Counted from the whole stretch's first letter, positions 47,932-60,544 are shown. The stretch: DNA of 63,745 nt, filler included, from Octopus bimaculoides (GCF_001194135.2; 7 parts of 5 records of this genome joined end to end with filler, not necessarily neighbours in it); one strand, 5' to 3'. Program-made: numbers and translations. Notes: generated from the sequence alone by a model not told the origin.

Positions 47932-49757
47932 CAGTGGTTCTCAAACTGGGGTCCGCAAAGTGATTTTAGGGGGACCATGAAGGGATGCTGAAGTATCATG
48001 AAAACTGACAGCTAGAGACAGTTAAGTTTAGAAATTTCAAGATTTTCAATTTTTTGCATTCTATCATCTTTTTTTTTGTCACTGACCTCAAAAACCCACG
48101 CCAATCCTACCCACTCATTTGCTAATCACACTTGTTGCACAACAAGTGTGGTTGGCCAATGGAAAATATGCAGGTAAAACAGTTGATCATGCATGTGTTA
48201 TCGGTATTCTTCACTCATATGATTCACCACTCCACTACTGCAATCCACACATTTGCAGGTCTTTCAGAGTCATTATCCTCATCAGTGCATGTTCCCACAT
48301 GATCTTGCCCTTTGCCAGACACCCATTCTCATCCTGCATCATGGCTGGGCTTTTTAAAGCATGGTTGTTTTACATGGCAATGTTTTTCAACAGAACTGTC
48401 TTCTCAACGGTTATCAATTCACAGAGGTTTACCTACAGACAAAACAACACTCATATACACTTTAGTTTTCTTCCACAATTAATAGTGAGAAGTAAGCTTT
48501 ATTGTTGATTAGTACATCCAAAAGCTGGCTACACTAAAGCATATATACCCACCTGTAATATATGTAGTATATGATAAATTCGAATATAGGCGTGGGAGTG
48601 GCTGTGTGGTAAGTAGCTTGCTTACGAACCATATGGTTTCGGGTTCAGTCCCACTGCATGACACCTTAGGCAAGTGTCTTCTACTATAGCCTCGGGCTGA
48701 CCAAAGCCTTGTGAGTGGATTTGGTAGACAGAAACTGAAAGAAGCCCGTCGTATATATGTATACATATATATATGTATGTGTGTGTATATGTTTGTGTGT
48801 CTGTGTTTGATCCCCCCCCCTCCCAACATCACTTAACAACCGATGCTGGTGTGTTTACGTCCGCCGTAACTTAGCGGTTCGGCAAAAGAGACGGATAGAA
48901 TAAGTACTAGGCTTCCAAAGAATAAGTCCTGGGGTCGATTTGCTCGACTAAAGGCGGTGCTCCAGCATGGCCACAGTCAAATGACTGAAACAAGTAAAAC
49001 AGTAAAGAGTAAAAAGAGTATACAATGGTTTGCTGAATTTTATCTTTTTTTATAATGCCTCCAAAAAAGAAAATGAGATATGACGAATCTTATTTGAAAT
49101 TCGGTTTTACTGTGATAAAGTCTGGAGGAGAAGGAAACCACAGTGTGTTTTGTGCTCTGAGGTTTTGACGTCTTCTTCACTAAAGCCCAGCAGAAACTCC
49201 TGTACATTTTGGGATGCAATTACAATTCTTCTACTAAAAATAGCTAAATTGGTTGAAATGCACCTCTTGAATAATCAGTATGAGGAATGACCTGACACTG
49301 AGGAGGAATAGCATCCCAAACATGGTGAAAGAGGAAGGTGATGCCAAAAGTTCGAGAGCCACTGTCATGTATGTATATACCACAGTTTTGGGAGTATGAT
49401 CCCAGTTTCTTTCTGCCAAATGGGCATAAATGGGTCTCATGCAGTTGTTAATACCGGATGCTCAGGATATTTTCGAATTGTTTTCATTTCTAATTTTTGT
49501 AACCAATTGATCGACTGATCCCCCACAAATTTTGTGTGTATTTATTGTATCCTAATGTGGCATTGCATGGATTAAATTGTGATTTTCAGGATTGTGGGTC
49601 TATGGGCAGTGCAGTTCATAGTCCGGAAATTACAGTACATGAATATATGTCATTTTCCCATGTTAGTTATCTTACATTTTGAAGGAGGCCATGAATCATT
49701 GAAAAAACTGTAAGGCGACCAGCATGTAAAATTTTTTGAAAAGTTTGAGAACCACTG
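47932..49757 (+). mobile_element. hAT-Charlie non-autonomous element with nested SINE D
   Basis: Perfect 16-bp TIR CAGTGGTTCTCAAACT; 8-bp TSD CTCTAGAA / CTCTTGAA (7/8, Charlie NTCTAGAN type); BED-finger relic RYDESYLKFGFT...QCVLCSEVLTSSSLKPS at ~49075-49200. Confidence 0.9.
48587..49020 (+). mobile_element. SINE family D, complete copy nested in the hAT element
   Basis: Head GGAGTGGCTGTGTGGTAAG...GGTTCAGTCCC, internal (TA)/(TG) tract, tail CAAGTAAAAC...; CpGs retained. Confidence 0.9.
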
Positions 49758-50111
49758 CTCTTGAAGGTGGAACTTTAACATATGGACTGTGAGTAGAGTT
49801 CATGAAAATTTGCAACCTTTAAAAAGCTCCTTTATATGTTTGTTTCGTTTTACACAAAATTAAAACAATGGCTAAAAATTTTCTGAAGCAGCATCCCCAC
49901 TTATTTCAGCCATGAGCTGCAACTGGTCCAAAACAGAAAATATTTTTGATCAAAATAAAGTGACGTCATGAAACCTTCAACCAATCAAAACTTGTTTCTT
50001 GGTCGTGGTTATTACCAGAAAGCCAACCAACAAAACACTTGACTTTGCCAAAACAAAAATATTTTGACCAAACATCCACAAGTAAAAGATGTTGTAGCAG
50101 AAGCATGATTA

Positions 50112-50190
50112 CTCTTTACCTTTAGCTACCCACATTGTGGTTCTTTACTTTTAGCTACCCACAGTGTGGCTCTTTACTTTTAGCTATTTA
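50112..50190. repeat. 29-bp tandem repeat (~2.6 units)
   Basis: CTCTTTACTTTTAGCTACCCACA(T/G)TGTGG. Confidence 0.85.
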
Positions 50191-51699
50191 TTTTTGGTTC
50201 ATTATGTTATTATGATTTTAAAATTATATTATGTAAAATCAAAAAAAATTTAAATCAAAATTAACTTTAGCTGAAAAGGAAAAAACATGCATACCCAAAG
50301 TAAATTAATTAATGGTAAAATAAATTTAATTAAAAAATATAAGTCTGTTTATAATTAAAAAATATTCACTTACAGAAATAGACATACATACAAACGTATA
50401 CGAAATATTCACTTATACATACACACACAAAACATATGCATACATATATACACTAAACATACAAACGTTGATACATGCATACATACATATATATACAAAC
50501 ATATACAGGTAAAATATAAATGTGAATATATATGCTAATGTGTGTATATATATATCTCTGAGTGGTTGGCATTAGGAAGGGCATCCAGCTGTAGAAACTC
50601 TGCCAAATTAGATTGGAGCCTGGTGTTGCCATCCGGTTTCACCAGTCCTCAGTCAAATCGTCCAACCCATGCTAGCATGGAAAGCAGACGTTAAACGATG
50701 ATGATGATGATGATATACATATCGCTGACCAAAACATTCAATTTTTTTTCTCTGTGTTTTTCTCCTTATTTCTTTCTGTTGAAGAGCGTAGGCTCGAAAC
50801 GTTAAAGACTTTCTCTATTCCCGAGCGTTAAACTAATACATCCTTTTGTTGTTTACACCACCTGTCCTCATCTGTTGTTGTTTTTTTCGTAAATTCTCCC
50901 ATATATATATATACATATATATNNNNNNNNNNNNNNNNNNNNNNNNNNNNNNNNNNNNNNNNNNNNNNNNNNNNNNNNNNNNNTATATATATACACACAC
51001 ACACACATCATACGTCACTGTGCATATAGTCTAAATGCACAATTTAGTTGTTGCAAGTTAGAAAATGAAAAAGAATTAGAAATAAAAAGTGGTGAGAGAA
51101 AGGAAAGAGAAAGAGAAAAATAGAAAGAGAGAGAGAGAGAGAGACAATGATTTGAAAGATGGTGTTCCCAGAAAGTATCTAACTATTGATCAATACATTA
51201 AAACTCTTCTGTAAGCTTGTCACTCCACACATTTAAAACAGACATGCATACCCACATAAATACATACATATATATAATAGTAACATACATGTATACATGC
51301 ATACAAATATACAAATACACATATATACATATATACACCATAACCTATATATGCATATGAATACATTAAAAACTGTCTGGTGTATTAAATATTAAAATAA
51401 GAAAAAGGTGCAATAAATTAATGTGATATAATTAAGTGTAATATAAATTTTTAAAAATATAAATTTAAAATTTAAATATGAAAATGAGTTAAAATTTGAC
51501 CTTGGCAAAATTTGAATTTAAATTTGTAAACAGTTAAAGGTTTTCTTGAAAGTTGAAAGATATATGTAAAATGTGAAGGTGAAAAATGTACCAGAATTGT
51601 AATACAAAATGAGGCATGTATTTAGGTGAAAAGGCCAAATTCAAATATGAAAGTCAAACATTATCTGTGTGTGGTATATTTTTATTTGACATTTTATAC

Positions 51700-51935
51700 C
51701 TCGTTCTGCAGGAATTTAAAAGTTCCTGTCTTTGGTTCTGTGCGTATATATCCTGAAATAGGATGGAAAGTTTCTCAGTCAGGCACAAATTGCACCTCAT
51801 TGGGCACCTATATGCTCCATGCTTATATGGTTCTGCTTTCTCCAAAATTGTCCAGCTAATTTTGAAAGGATGGGTATCATTTTCTTTCAATTGCCAGACA
51901 TGTTTAGCAAGAAAAATACCCTGAAGATAGGACAG
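51700..51935 (-). mobile_element. Penelope-like element, GIY-YIG endonuclease C-terminal part
   Basis: LAKHVWQLKE...ISWTILEKAEPY...CNLCLTEKLSIL...RQELLNSCR. Confidence 0.75.
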
Positions 51936-52335
51936 CAACAAATATTGCTAAATACCCCAAAAAATAGGATAGCAACAAGGAAATGAACTGATAGGTCTGC
52001 ATATAACATCTCAAGGTACATCTCTCTATCTCTGATGAAATTATGTTCATATCACATAAATTCAAATTTAATGTACAAATTTGTATTTGAATTATTGAGT
52101 ATTAATTGAAATGGCAGTAAGAAGTAAGCATGACCAATTTGTTGATAATAGATAATTGTAAACTTCCTACTCTCCATTTTCTTTTCTTCATTTAACTGGA
52201 AATGAATTATATAAACTTAATATATACCTATTATTTTAAGGGAATTTCATTCCCCAACAATACTAGGTATTGAACTAGTATTTCCCTGGATGTAACAATC
52301 CCTCTGCAAGGTTAACATATCTTCTAATTAAATTT

Positions 52336-52381
<46 letters not shown>

Positions 52382-54121
52382 CTTTACCAGCGTTGCCTTC
52401 TAGCACTTGTGCTGGTGGCATGTTTAGAAAATCATTCGAGCGAGGTCGTTGCCAGTGCCACTGGACTGGCTCCCATGCAGGTGGCACATAAAAAACACCT
52501 TTTTGAGCATGGCCATTGCCAGTACCGTGTGACTGGCCCTTGTGCCGGTGGAATGTAAAAGCACCCACTACACTCTCGGAGTGGTTGGCGTTAGGAACGG
52601 CATCCAGCTGTAGAAACTCTGCCAGATCAGATTGGAGCCTGGTGCAGCCTTCTGGTTTGCCAGTCCTCAGTCAAATCGTCCAACCCATGCTACACACACA
52701 CACTAGCAATGCATCCCAGCGTTGCCAAGGTGTTATGCCCTACAGCCACATTGTATTATTTGTTCCTTTCTCATGGGCAGAATCGGCACAGCTGATATAT
52801 AGTGAACTGGATTGCTGGTGTAATGGAAGTTATTGTTTGTTTAAAAGTGAAGTGCTTTCTGTTCTTAANNNNNNNNNNNNNNNNNNNNNNNNNNNNNNNN
52901 NNNNNNNNNNNNNNNNNNNNNNNNNNNNNNNNNNNNNNNNNNNNNNNNNNNNNNNNNNNNNNNNNNNNNNNNNNNNNNNNNNNNNNNNNNNNNNNNNNNN
53001 NNNNNNNNNNNNNNNNNNNNNNNNNNNNNNNNNNNNNNNNNNNNNNNNNNNNNNNNNNNNNNNNNNNNNNNNNNNNNNNNNNNNNNNNNNNNNNNNNNNN
53101 NNNNNNNNNNNNNNNNNNNNNNNNNNNNNNNNNNNNNNNNNNNNNNNNNNNNNNNNNNNNNNNNNNNNNNNNNNNNNNNNNNNNNNNNNNNNNNNNNNNN
53201 NNNNNNNNNNNNNNNNNNNNNNNNNNNNNNNNNNNNNNNNNNNNNNNNNNNNNNNNNNNNNNNNNNNNNNNNNNNNNNNNNNNNNNNNNNNNNNNNNNNN
53301 NNNNNNNNNNNNNNNNNNNNNNNNNNNNNNNNNNNNNNNNNNNNNNNNNNNNNTGGTGAGGTGATGGGTAGATATTTGGGAAGGAGATTTTAGTGTTTCT
53401 TTAAGAAAAAAACGAAGAAATTCTTAAAGATTCATATTCTATGTTGTTTTTTTTTTTCTCCATGAGTTACCAAGAAAAAAAATTGGAAAAAAGTAAAAAA
53501 CGAAGAAACTGAGGTGGGGAGGAAGAAAATAAAAATATTTAGAACATGTTTTGGGGGCAAAATCCTAATCTCCTGTATTGAAAACATAGGAATCGGAAGA
53601 AAAAAATAAGGTAGGATGGGTGCAAGTGTCACCTTGGACATGCTAGAAACAGCAGATAAAGGACAGGATTTCTGGAAAGACTTCCTTTTAAGTTTATATC
53701 GAAGATCAGGTTTTTAAATATGCTTATCACAAACACAAATTACAGAATAGAAAAAGGTCATTACAACTGAATTTAAGCTGTAATTTTGCGCATGCACACA
53801 GCAAGAAATAACGTAATTTGTACAGAAGTCTTGCCTATAGTGCGTGTGTGTGTGTCTGGCAAAGGAAATTATTTTATGGCATTCTTTTGTTTGAAACAGC
53901 AAGTTGTTGACTCGATCGTATGGAATCATATGATTGTTCACTAATTTCTGTAATATTTCTTTATGCTTTGAAAAGAGTAGAAAGTGAAAGAGAGGAGAAA
54001 GCGAAAGATGTATGTACGTGTATATGAAATGGACATGTGTGTGTGCGTGTGCATGAGAGAGTGAAGGTGCATGTTGTCATGTATGTATTTTTTGCATGTA
54101 TGTGTAAGTGGCACTCACTCC

Positions 54122-54161
<40 letters not shown>

Positions 54162-54639
54162 TTATCTTTCACATACATGTACATGAATGTATATGCATAC
54201 ATCTTTTTTGTATGTATGTGTGCACATGCACGAGAGAGAGAGAGAGAGAGTCAGTAACTGTATTTCCTTATAACATATATAGAAATGGATGTCTTTTGAT
54301 GAAATTTTTTTGGTTGTGGCTTATTTTAATACAATACTTATGTGTACATTTTCATAAATGTTTTTCTGAGTAGAATTCTATGCATGCATGAAACATCGGA
54401 CGAAAATGAAACATTAGAAGCAAATCAAAATGTTACCTGAAAATGACCTCAAAATTGTGCGACCCGACCTCATTTCCGAGGTTATTTTAGCAGTAAAACA
54501 GAGTTGTTGTACCAAAAACATAGTTTATTTGGTAGCCTTTATATTGGGTCATCTGATAAATAATGTGTTTTTTCTATCCTTCTTTTATTTTTCAAAATTA
54601 AGATCAATGAAGTTCTCTTTAGTCTAAAATATACTCTCC

Positions 54640-55330
54640 TTCATTTTCTACAATGCTCTTTTATCTGTCTGGTAGGCTTGCAAGGCACCTTTTCCAAAAT
54701 TCACTTGTCTATCATGAGAAGTACTGTTTTCACCTCATCTACAGAATTCATATTTTTTCTGTTCAAATGATTTTGAAGACTGCGGAATAAATGATAATCA
54801 GATAGGGCAATGTCCAGTGAATATGGTGGGTGGGACATCATTTCCCATTTAAATTGCTCCAGCCTTTGGAATGTCATCCTCGCTGTATGTGGCTAAGCAT
54901 TATCTTGATGGAAGAACACCTTTCATCCTGAAACCAAAGATGACCGTTTTTCTTCTAGTGCTGACTTGAATGACCAAATCCAAGCATCTCTACTAGTTCC
55001 TCAACAGTTAAGATGGGATTTTGTTCCACCAGGATTTGCAGGACATCCTCATCAAGCTCTACAGACCTTCCAGGACAAGGCTCATCTTCTAGGCTGTAGT
55101 TTCCAGCTCAGAATTTCTGGAACTGGCTTATGCTTATTGTCCGATCTCCATATACTACATTAATATTCCTCGCACTTTCTGTTGCATTGCTGCCTTTATT
55201 GAACTCATAAAGCAAAATATGCCAAATATGCTCCTTTGTCACTTCCGTTACAGCTTTGAAAAAATAGCTGTTAAAATCAAACTGCACTCTTCAAAACTTG
55301 CACTAAGAATAAGGACAAGGTAAAATTACT
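54640..55330 (-). mobile_element. Internally deleted mariner (DD34D)
   Basis: EVTKEHIWHILLYEFNKG...EDEPCPGRS HTH region joined to QDNA*PH...HPPYSLDIALSD (34 spacing). Confidence 0.85.
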
Positions 55331-56189
55331 ACCTGCTTTAATATAGCAAGTTGATGCAGGTAGTTTATCCTGCCCCACCCCTGACTTTTAGTTCATGAAA
55401 TTGAAAAAAAGCATTACTTATAGGATGACCTAATATATATAGTTAAATGATAAGCAACTTTCTTTATTATAGTACAGATGTGGGCAAAGGTAAAGGACAT
55501 GTACAGCACTCATTTCTAGTGTCTTTTTTTTTTTTTTTCGGATCTCTGTTTTTAATATAGGAAAATAGGATTTTGCCCGAAAATCACATTTTCCAAATTT
55601 TAATTTGATTGTGATCTTCTCGTTGGGGGTCACTTTCATTTCTAAAAAAACAAGGATCTGTTTTGTTAGAAATAAAGAGAGAGTATTATGTCATTCTTCC
55701 AATNNNNNNNNNNNNNNNNNNNNNNNNNNNNNNNNNNNNNNNNNNNNTTAATTAATTAANNNNNNNNNNNNNNNNNNNNNNNNNNNNNNNNNNNNNNNNN
55801 NNNAAGACGAGGATAAAAGGGATTAAGACAGGCAACTTTATCTCTGGCCACAATTTACGTTCATTTTTTACTTTTCGTTTGAAAAGGAAAGTGTGGCTGG
55901 AGAGGAGATGTCTGTCGGAGTGTACGTTCCAAAAGAGATGGAAGCATGTTGCCCGAGTGTTGTGTGTGCAAGGAACCGTGTGAATAGTCTGAAAAAAAAA
56001 GGGAAAAAAAAAGGTGCCAGCGATAGATCGGGGCTTGTGGGGTCGGAGCGTGGCCTGATCATTGCTTCATTTGTGTTGTCTAACGTACTGTTAATATCAT
56101 TCGATTTTTTAAATATATTTTATAAAATTTTTAAAGTCATATTTTATGTAAACCATTCGCATTACTGATCCCAATCAGTTGTTTTGTAC

Positions 56190-56399
56190 CATTCTATGTT
56201 TAGCCCCCTGTGGGCAATAAAGAAATTGGTATTTCGCCTGCCGCTATGTTCTGAGTTTAAATTCCGCTGAGATCGACTTTCCCTTTCATCCTTTCGGGGT
56301 CGATAAAATTAGTACCAACTGAACACTGGGACCGATGTAATCGAGTAGTCCCACCTTTCCCAAGCTGCCCTTGTGGCAAAAAAATTTGAAATAATAATA

Positions 56400-56400
<1 letters not shown>
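56190..56400 (+). mobile_element. SINE C dimer remnant (tail + 5'-trimmed second unit)
   Basis: Junction GGGCAATAAAGAAATTGGTATTTCG matches the junction at ~41983-42007. Confidence 0.8.
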
Positions 56401-56469
<69 letters not shown>

Positions 56470-56474
56470 GCTAT

Positions 56475-58045
56475 ATTAGTTAGGAAGAATGTTATTTTGA
56501 GATTTTATGACAAGAAGAAACTCTCTTTGGATTATTGTAGACTACAGGATAGCACTTTTCTACAGATCGATAATATGAGTCCAGCTCCAATATCTTCCAG
56601 CCTTTTGACGTAACAGTTTGGGTGTTGTGCCAAGTGCACCGATTTTCACAGGAACAACTGTCACCTTTGTCTTTCACACTTTCTTCATCGTTCTGGCTAG
56701 GTTTTGATTTTTCTCAGTTTTCACATTTTCTCTGGTATCCTCTCTATTGCCAAATGATATTGCAATGTGTGTGATCTTACACTGTTCGTTAGTTTTGTCC
56801 TCTTTGGTTATATCTGATATTCTCACTTCAGTGGTACGGTCAGTCTTTATAGAGATGTCCCATGAAATCCTGTAATTATTATCCACCATAACAGCGTCTG
56901 GTTCGTATTCGTACCACTTTTTTGTCACTTTCAACCCACGCACTCGGTTAACATCCGACTTTGTTTACCAACACAATCATGCTTGCATTTATATTCTTTC
57001 TACTTAGCTCACTGCATTCGCTTAAGAGGTGGTTAATGTGTTGTCTCCTTTTCCACAGATTGTATGATTGCTCTCCGAGTGTTGTCAATCTGTCACTCTG
57101 TCTTTATCACATTCGTTCTAATGGCTGAAAATTAGCGATGCAGTTTCTTCATTTAGATGCCCATCGATTAGCCATAATGAGCGTTCTTTACTTCTAACAT
57201 CCTCGGATTGTTGCATGAATTGGCCACGTAATTCCTTCTTTTTCCAACTATATGTACTGTCGTTCTTCGTTCTGTTCTTGAATTCTCCTCCTGCGATTTT
57301 ATGGATATTTCTAGCCGCAGCCAGTATTCTTTCTTCACTATGTGCAACATAATTTTTCAAACCGCAGTATTAGTGGCATCTTCTCCGTTTAACAAGCAAC
57401 TGCCTCCTTCCTTTCTTCGTAGGTGGAGCCAATCGTTTCTTTCTTTTAAAGTGGTGCGCATTTTGCATTGTGAGAAGCTTCCTAGTTCTTCTAATTCTTG
57501 GATACTTTGTCTTTGTCCATTTTAGAAAAGGAGTAGAATATACTAGCATGACTCATGTTTTCATTGCTTAGATAATATTCTCTCCATTTAGTTTCAGGTA
57601 GCTTTCAAATCCATCTCTTGTAGTCTTTGAGACTTTTCTTTCATTTCAGTTAGTGTTTGAATTAGTAATCTTTTTTCTTTCTCTAGTTCGTGTCTCATTT
57701 AGCCATTGTAGTACGTTCCTTTCTTCTGTAACATCCTTTCCTTCACGAAGTAAAATTGTTTGCATCTTCACTTTTATTTCTAGTCTGATGGTTTATTGGA
57801 CTTTACTCTTTCTTGTTCAATTTCCTTTTCTTCTATTACGTAGCTATGTTCTGCTTCTTGCATTTTTTTTTAGTTCTCTTCCGGCTCTAGCTGGGACAGT
57901 CACTGTCTTTTCATGATTAAATTTGTGTAGCTCAGAATTCTTTGTTCTATGACAGAGAACTTGTCTCTCTATCCTTATTTTATACATTCTTTTCGTGTAT
58001 CTTGTTTTGGCGGGTCCGCTACTATAGTAACATTCCACCACAGTT
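56475..58045 (-). mobile_element. RLE-type (R4/Dong-like) LINE, internally deleted
   Basis: N-terminal ECYYSS..RYTKRM, LHLRRKEGG, WKKKELRGQF...WLIDGHLNEET, KWYEYEPDAV...ISWDISIKTDRT, VPVKIGALG. Confidence 0.82.
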
Positions 58046-59146
58046 TGGTTCACATTCCTGATACGGGCGGTGCGTTTGTGTCCTTAAACAAGACACTTAA
58101 TTTCAAGTTGCTCTGATCAATATAGCTAAAAATGAGTACTTGTTTAGTACTAGTGCAGCCTTTCTTTACTTCCAGTTGCCACATCTTGGATCTCCCGTTC
58201 TGTCAAATTAAGAGGGTCGACAAAGGCAAGTGAAACAAGTCACGAATGCATGGAACATGATACCGGGTCATACTCACTTGCGAATGACGGCTATGGTTAT
58301 GGCTTGGTTCACAAATAAATTTTTACAGATATGCCATAATTTAACGGCTGGCTGAAGGCACCGGCAACTGGGGCAGTCGCCCAAAGTGTTTCGTCATATA
58401 TCTGGGTATGTTTCAAGAAAGACAATGGGAAAAATATGAAGATATTAAATATAATAGGCACAAGCATGGCTGTGTGATTCAGAAGCTCGTTTGCAGCTGC
58501 CTGCTTTTGAGTTCAGTCCCATTGCGCGGTACTTGGGCAAACCTCTTATACTATAGCCCTGGGTCAAATAACGGCGTGCTAGAAAATTTGGTAAATGGAA
58601 ACTGCGTGGTTTGGTTCACTGATAAACTTTTACGGATATGCCATACTTTATATATGTATATATATATATATATTCGATTTGTTCGACTAAACTCTTGAAA
58701 GCGATGTCCCAGCATGGCCGCAGTCAAATGATTGAAACAACTAAAAGATAACAGATGAAAGATAATAGAATATCCTTACTTTTAAGAAACTGTAATAAGC
58801 GCTTTATTCCTACACTTGTAGGTTTTTCCTAAAGGTTTTTTTTAACACAATATTTACACGCTATTACTTATAGTTTTATCTACTTCAAATTTAACCAGTC
58901 CAAAAATGAATTATTTCACCTTCGCTCGAAGTTTCTAAATTGTTATGAAGCCAACAATATACAATTGTCGTTGGTAATAATGAAGTTTCTAAAATGAGTA
59001 ATGACATTCGAGCGTTTGTTTTGTCCAATGGTAGAACGTGTTATGTTTATAGAAAGAGTAGGTTCGAATCTCAAGGACATCCTTTGACATTTTTTTTCCT
59101 TCAAAAGGGTTTTCTTTACACAATGACTACTTGCTAGAATGTGTGT

Positions 59147-59530
59147 GTGGAGGCGCAATGGCCCAGTGGTTAGGGCAGCAGACTCACGGTCATAGGATCG
59201 CGGTTTCGATTCCCAGACCGGGCGTTGTGAGTGTTTATTGAGCGAAAACACATAAAGCTCCACGAGGCTCCGGTAGGGGATGGTGGCGAACCCTGTTGTA
59301 CTCTTTCACCACAACTTTCTCTCACTCTTACTTCCTGTTTCTGTTGTGCCTGTAATTCAAAGGGTCAGCCTTGTCACACTGTGTCACGCTGAATATCCCC
59401 GAGAACTACATTAAGGGTACACGTGTCTGTGGAGTACTCAGCCACTAGCACGTTAATTTCACGAGCAGGCTGTTCTGTTGATTGGATCAACTGGAACCCT
59501 CGACGTCGTAAGCGACGGAGTGCCAACAAG
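59147..59530 (+). mobile_element. tRNA-derived SINE, head A + tail X
   Basis: Complete head and tail; ends at an assembly gap. Confidence 0.9.
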
Positions 59531-59702
59531 NNNNNNNNNNNNNNNNNNNNNNNNNNNNNNNNNNNNNNNNNNNNTTAATTAATTAANNNNNNNNNNNNNN
59601 NNNNNNNNNNNNNNNNNNNNNNNNNNNNNNTATATATATATGTATATATATATGTATGTATGCATGTATGTATATATGTATATATGTATGTATGTATGTA
59701 TG

Positions 59703-59733
<31 letters not shown>

Positions 59734-59749
59734 CCATGCGTTTACGCTG

Positions 59750-60331
59750 AATGCTGATAAGGACACTGCATTTCGTTATGCAACCTATATATACAACAAC
59801 TATATTAAAGGCTTACAAGTCGATACCGTGTCCTGCCTGTGTCAGCAGTGCGATTGAGTCACTTTTTACGCTTTTAGAACCAGCACTTTTAAGAAATTAG
59901 AGCCAGTACTTAAAGTTACGGCCTTTCGTATACGAATACGTCTATGTAAGCAATGCGATGAAAAATAGAAACAAAAGTATCGGTTGTGTATGCATATTTC
60001 AGGATCCCTTGTTCCTTTTTCATTATCACATCCAAAACATCAACCGTCCACAAACACATTACTTAAACATTCACTAAATTTAGCAGTGTAGCACAGTTGG
60101 ATATTCAGATTTTACATATGAAACACATTCCTGGTAACTGGTACGTATATATTCGTACACGAACGATAGTAACTTTCGAACCTCTGTAGAAAATCTTTTG
60201 AGATAGCCTTGAAAAGTGAGTGAATCGCACTGCTAACACAAGTAGGACACAGTATCGACTTATAAGCCTTTAATACCGTTTGTAGTATATTATGGTTGCG
60301 TAGATAATATACGGTGTTCTTACCAGCCATT
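59750..60331. repeat. Long imperfect inverted repeat (arms ~59750-59938 and ~60150-60331)
   Basis: Left arm TATTAAAGGCTTACAAGTCGATACCGTGTCCTGCCTGTGTCAGCAGTGCGATT versus revcomp of right arm TATTAAAGGCTTATAAGTCGATACTGTGTCCTACTTGTGTTAGCAGTGCGATT. Confidence 0.9.
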
Positions 60332-60482
60332 AATATGTACGTACCAGCTGCCAGGAATGAGTTTAATGTGTAAAATTGGTAGATACTAAAAGCTAAGTTA
60401 CGGAGACGTAAAGAAACCAATACCGGCTGTCAAGCGGTAATGATAGAGTGACAAACACGAAAGCGAAGATACACAGACCTAG

Positions 60483-60544
<62 letters not shown>

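Noticed and set aside
48119-48508. 129-aa plus-strand ORF
   Set aside because: TTG start, no domain, inside the Charlie element.
52516-53364. Longest ORFs in the track (282, 233, 231, 205 aa etc., e.g. 38742-39437, 60393-61096)
   Set aside because: They are open only because of N runs and TA/CA microsatellites; the remainder is SINE sequence.
59147-59225. tRNA-like sequences (also at 15197, 47161, 43454, 48587)
   Set aside because: A and B boxes are present, but there is no proper acceptor stem or terminator and they continue into shared SINE bodies with TSDs: SINE heads, not tRNA genes.
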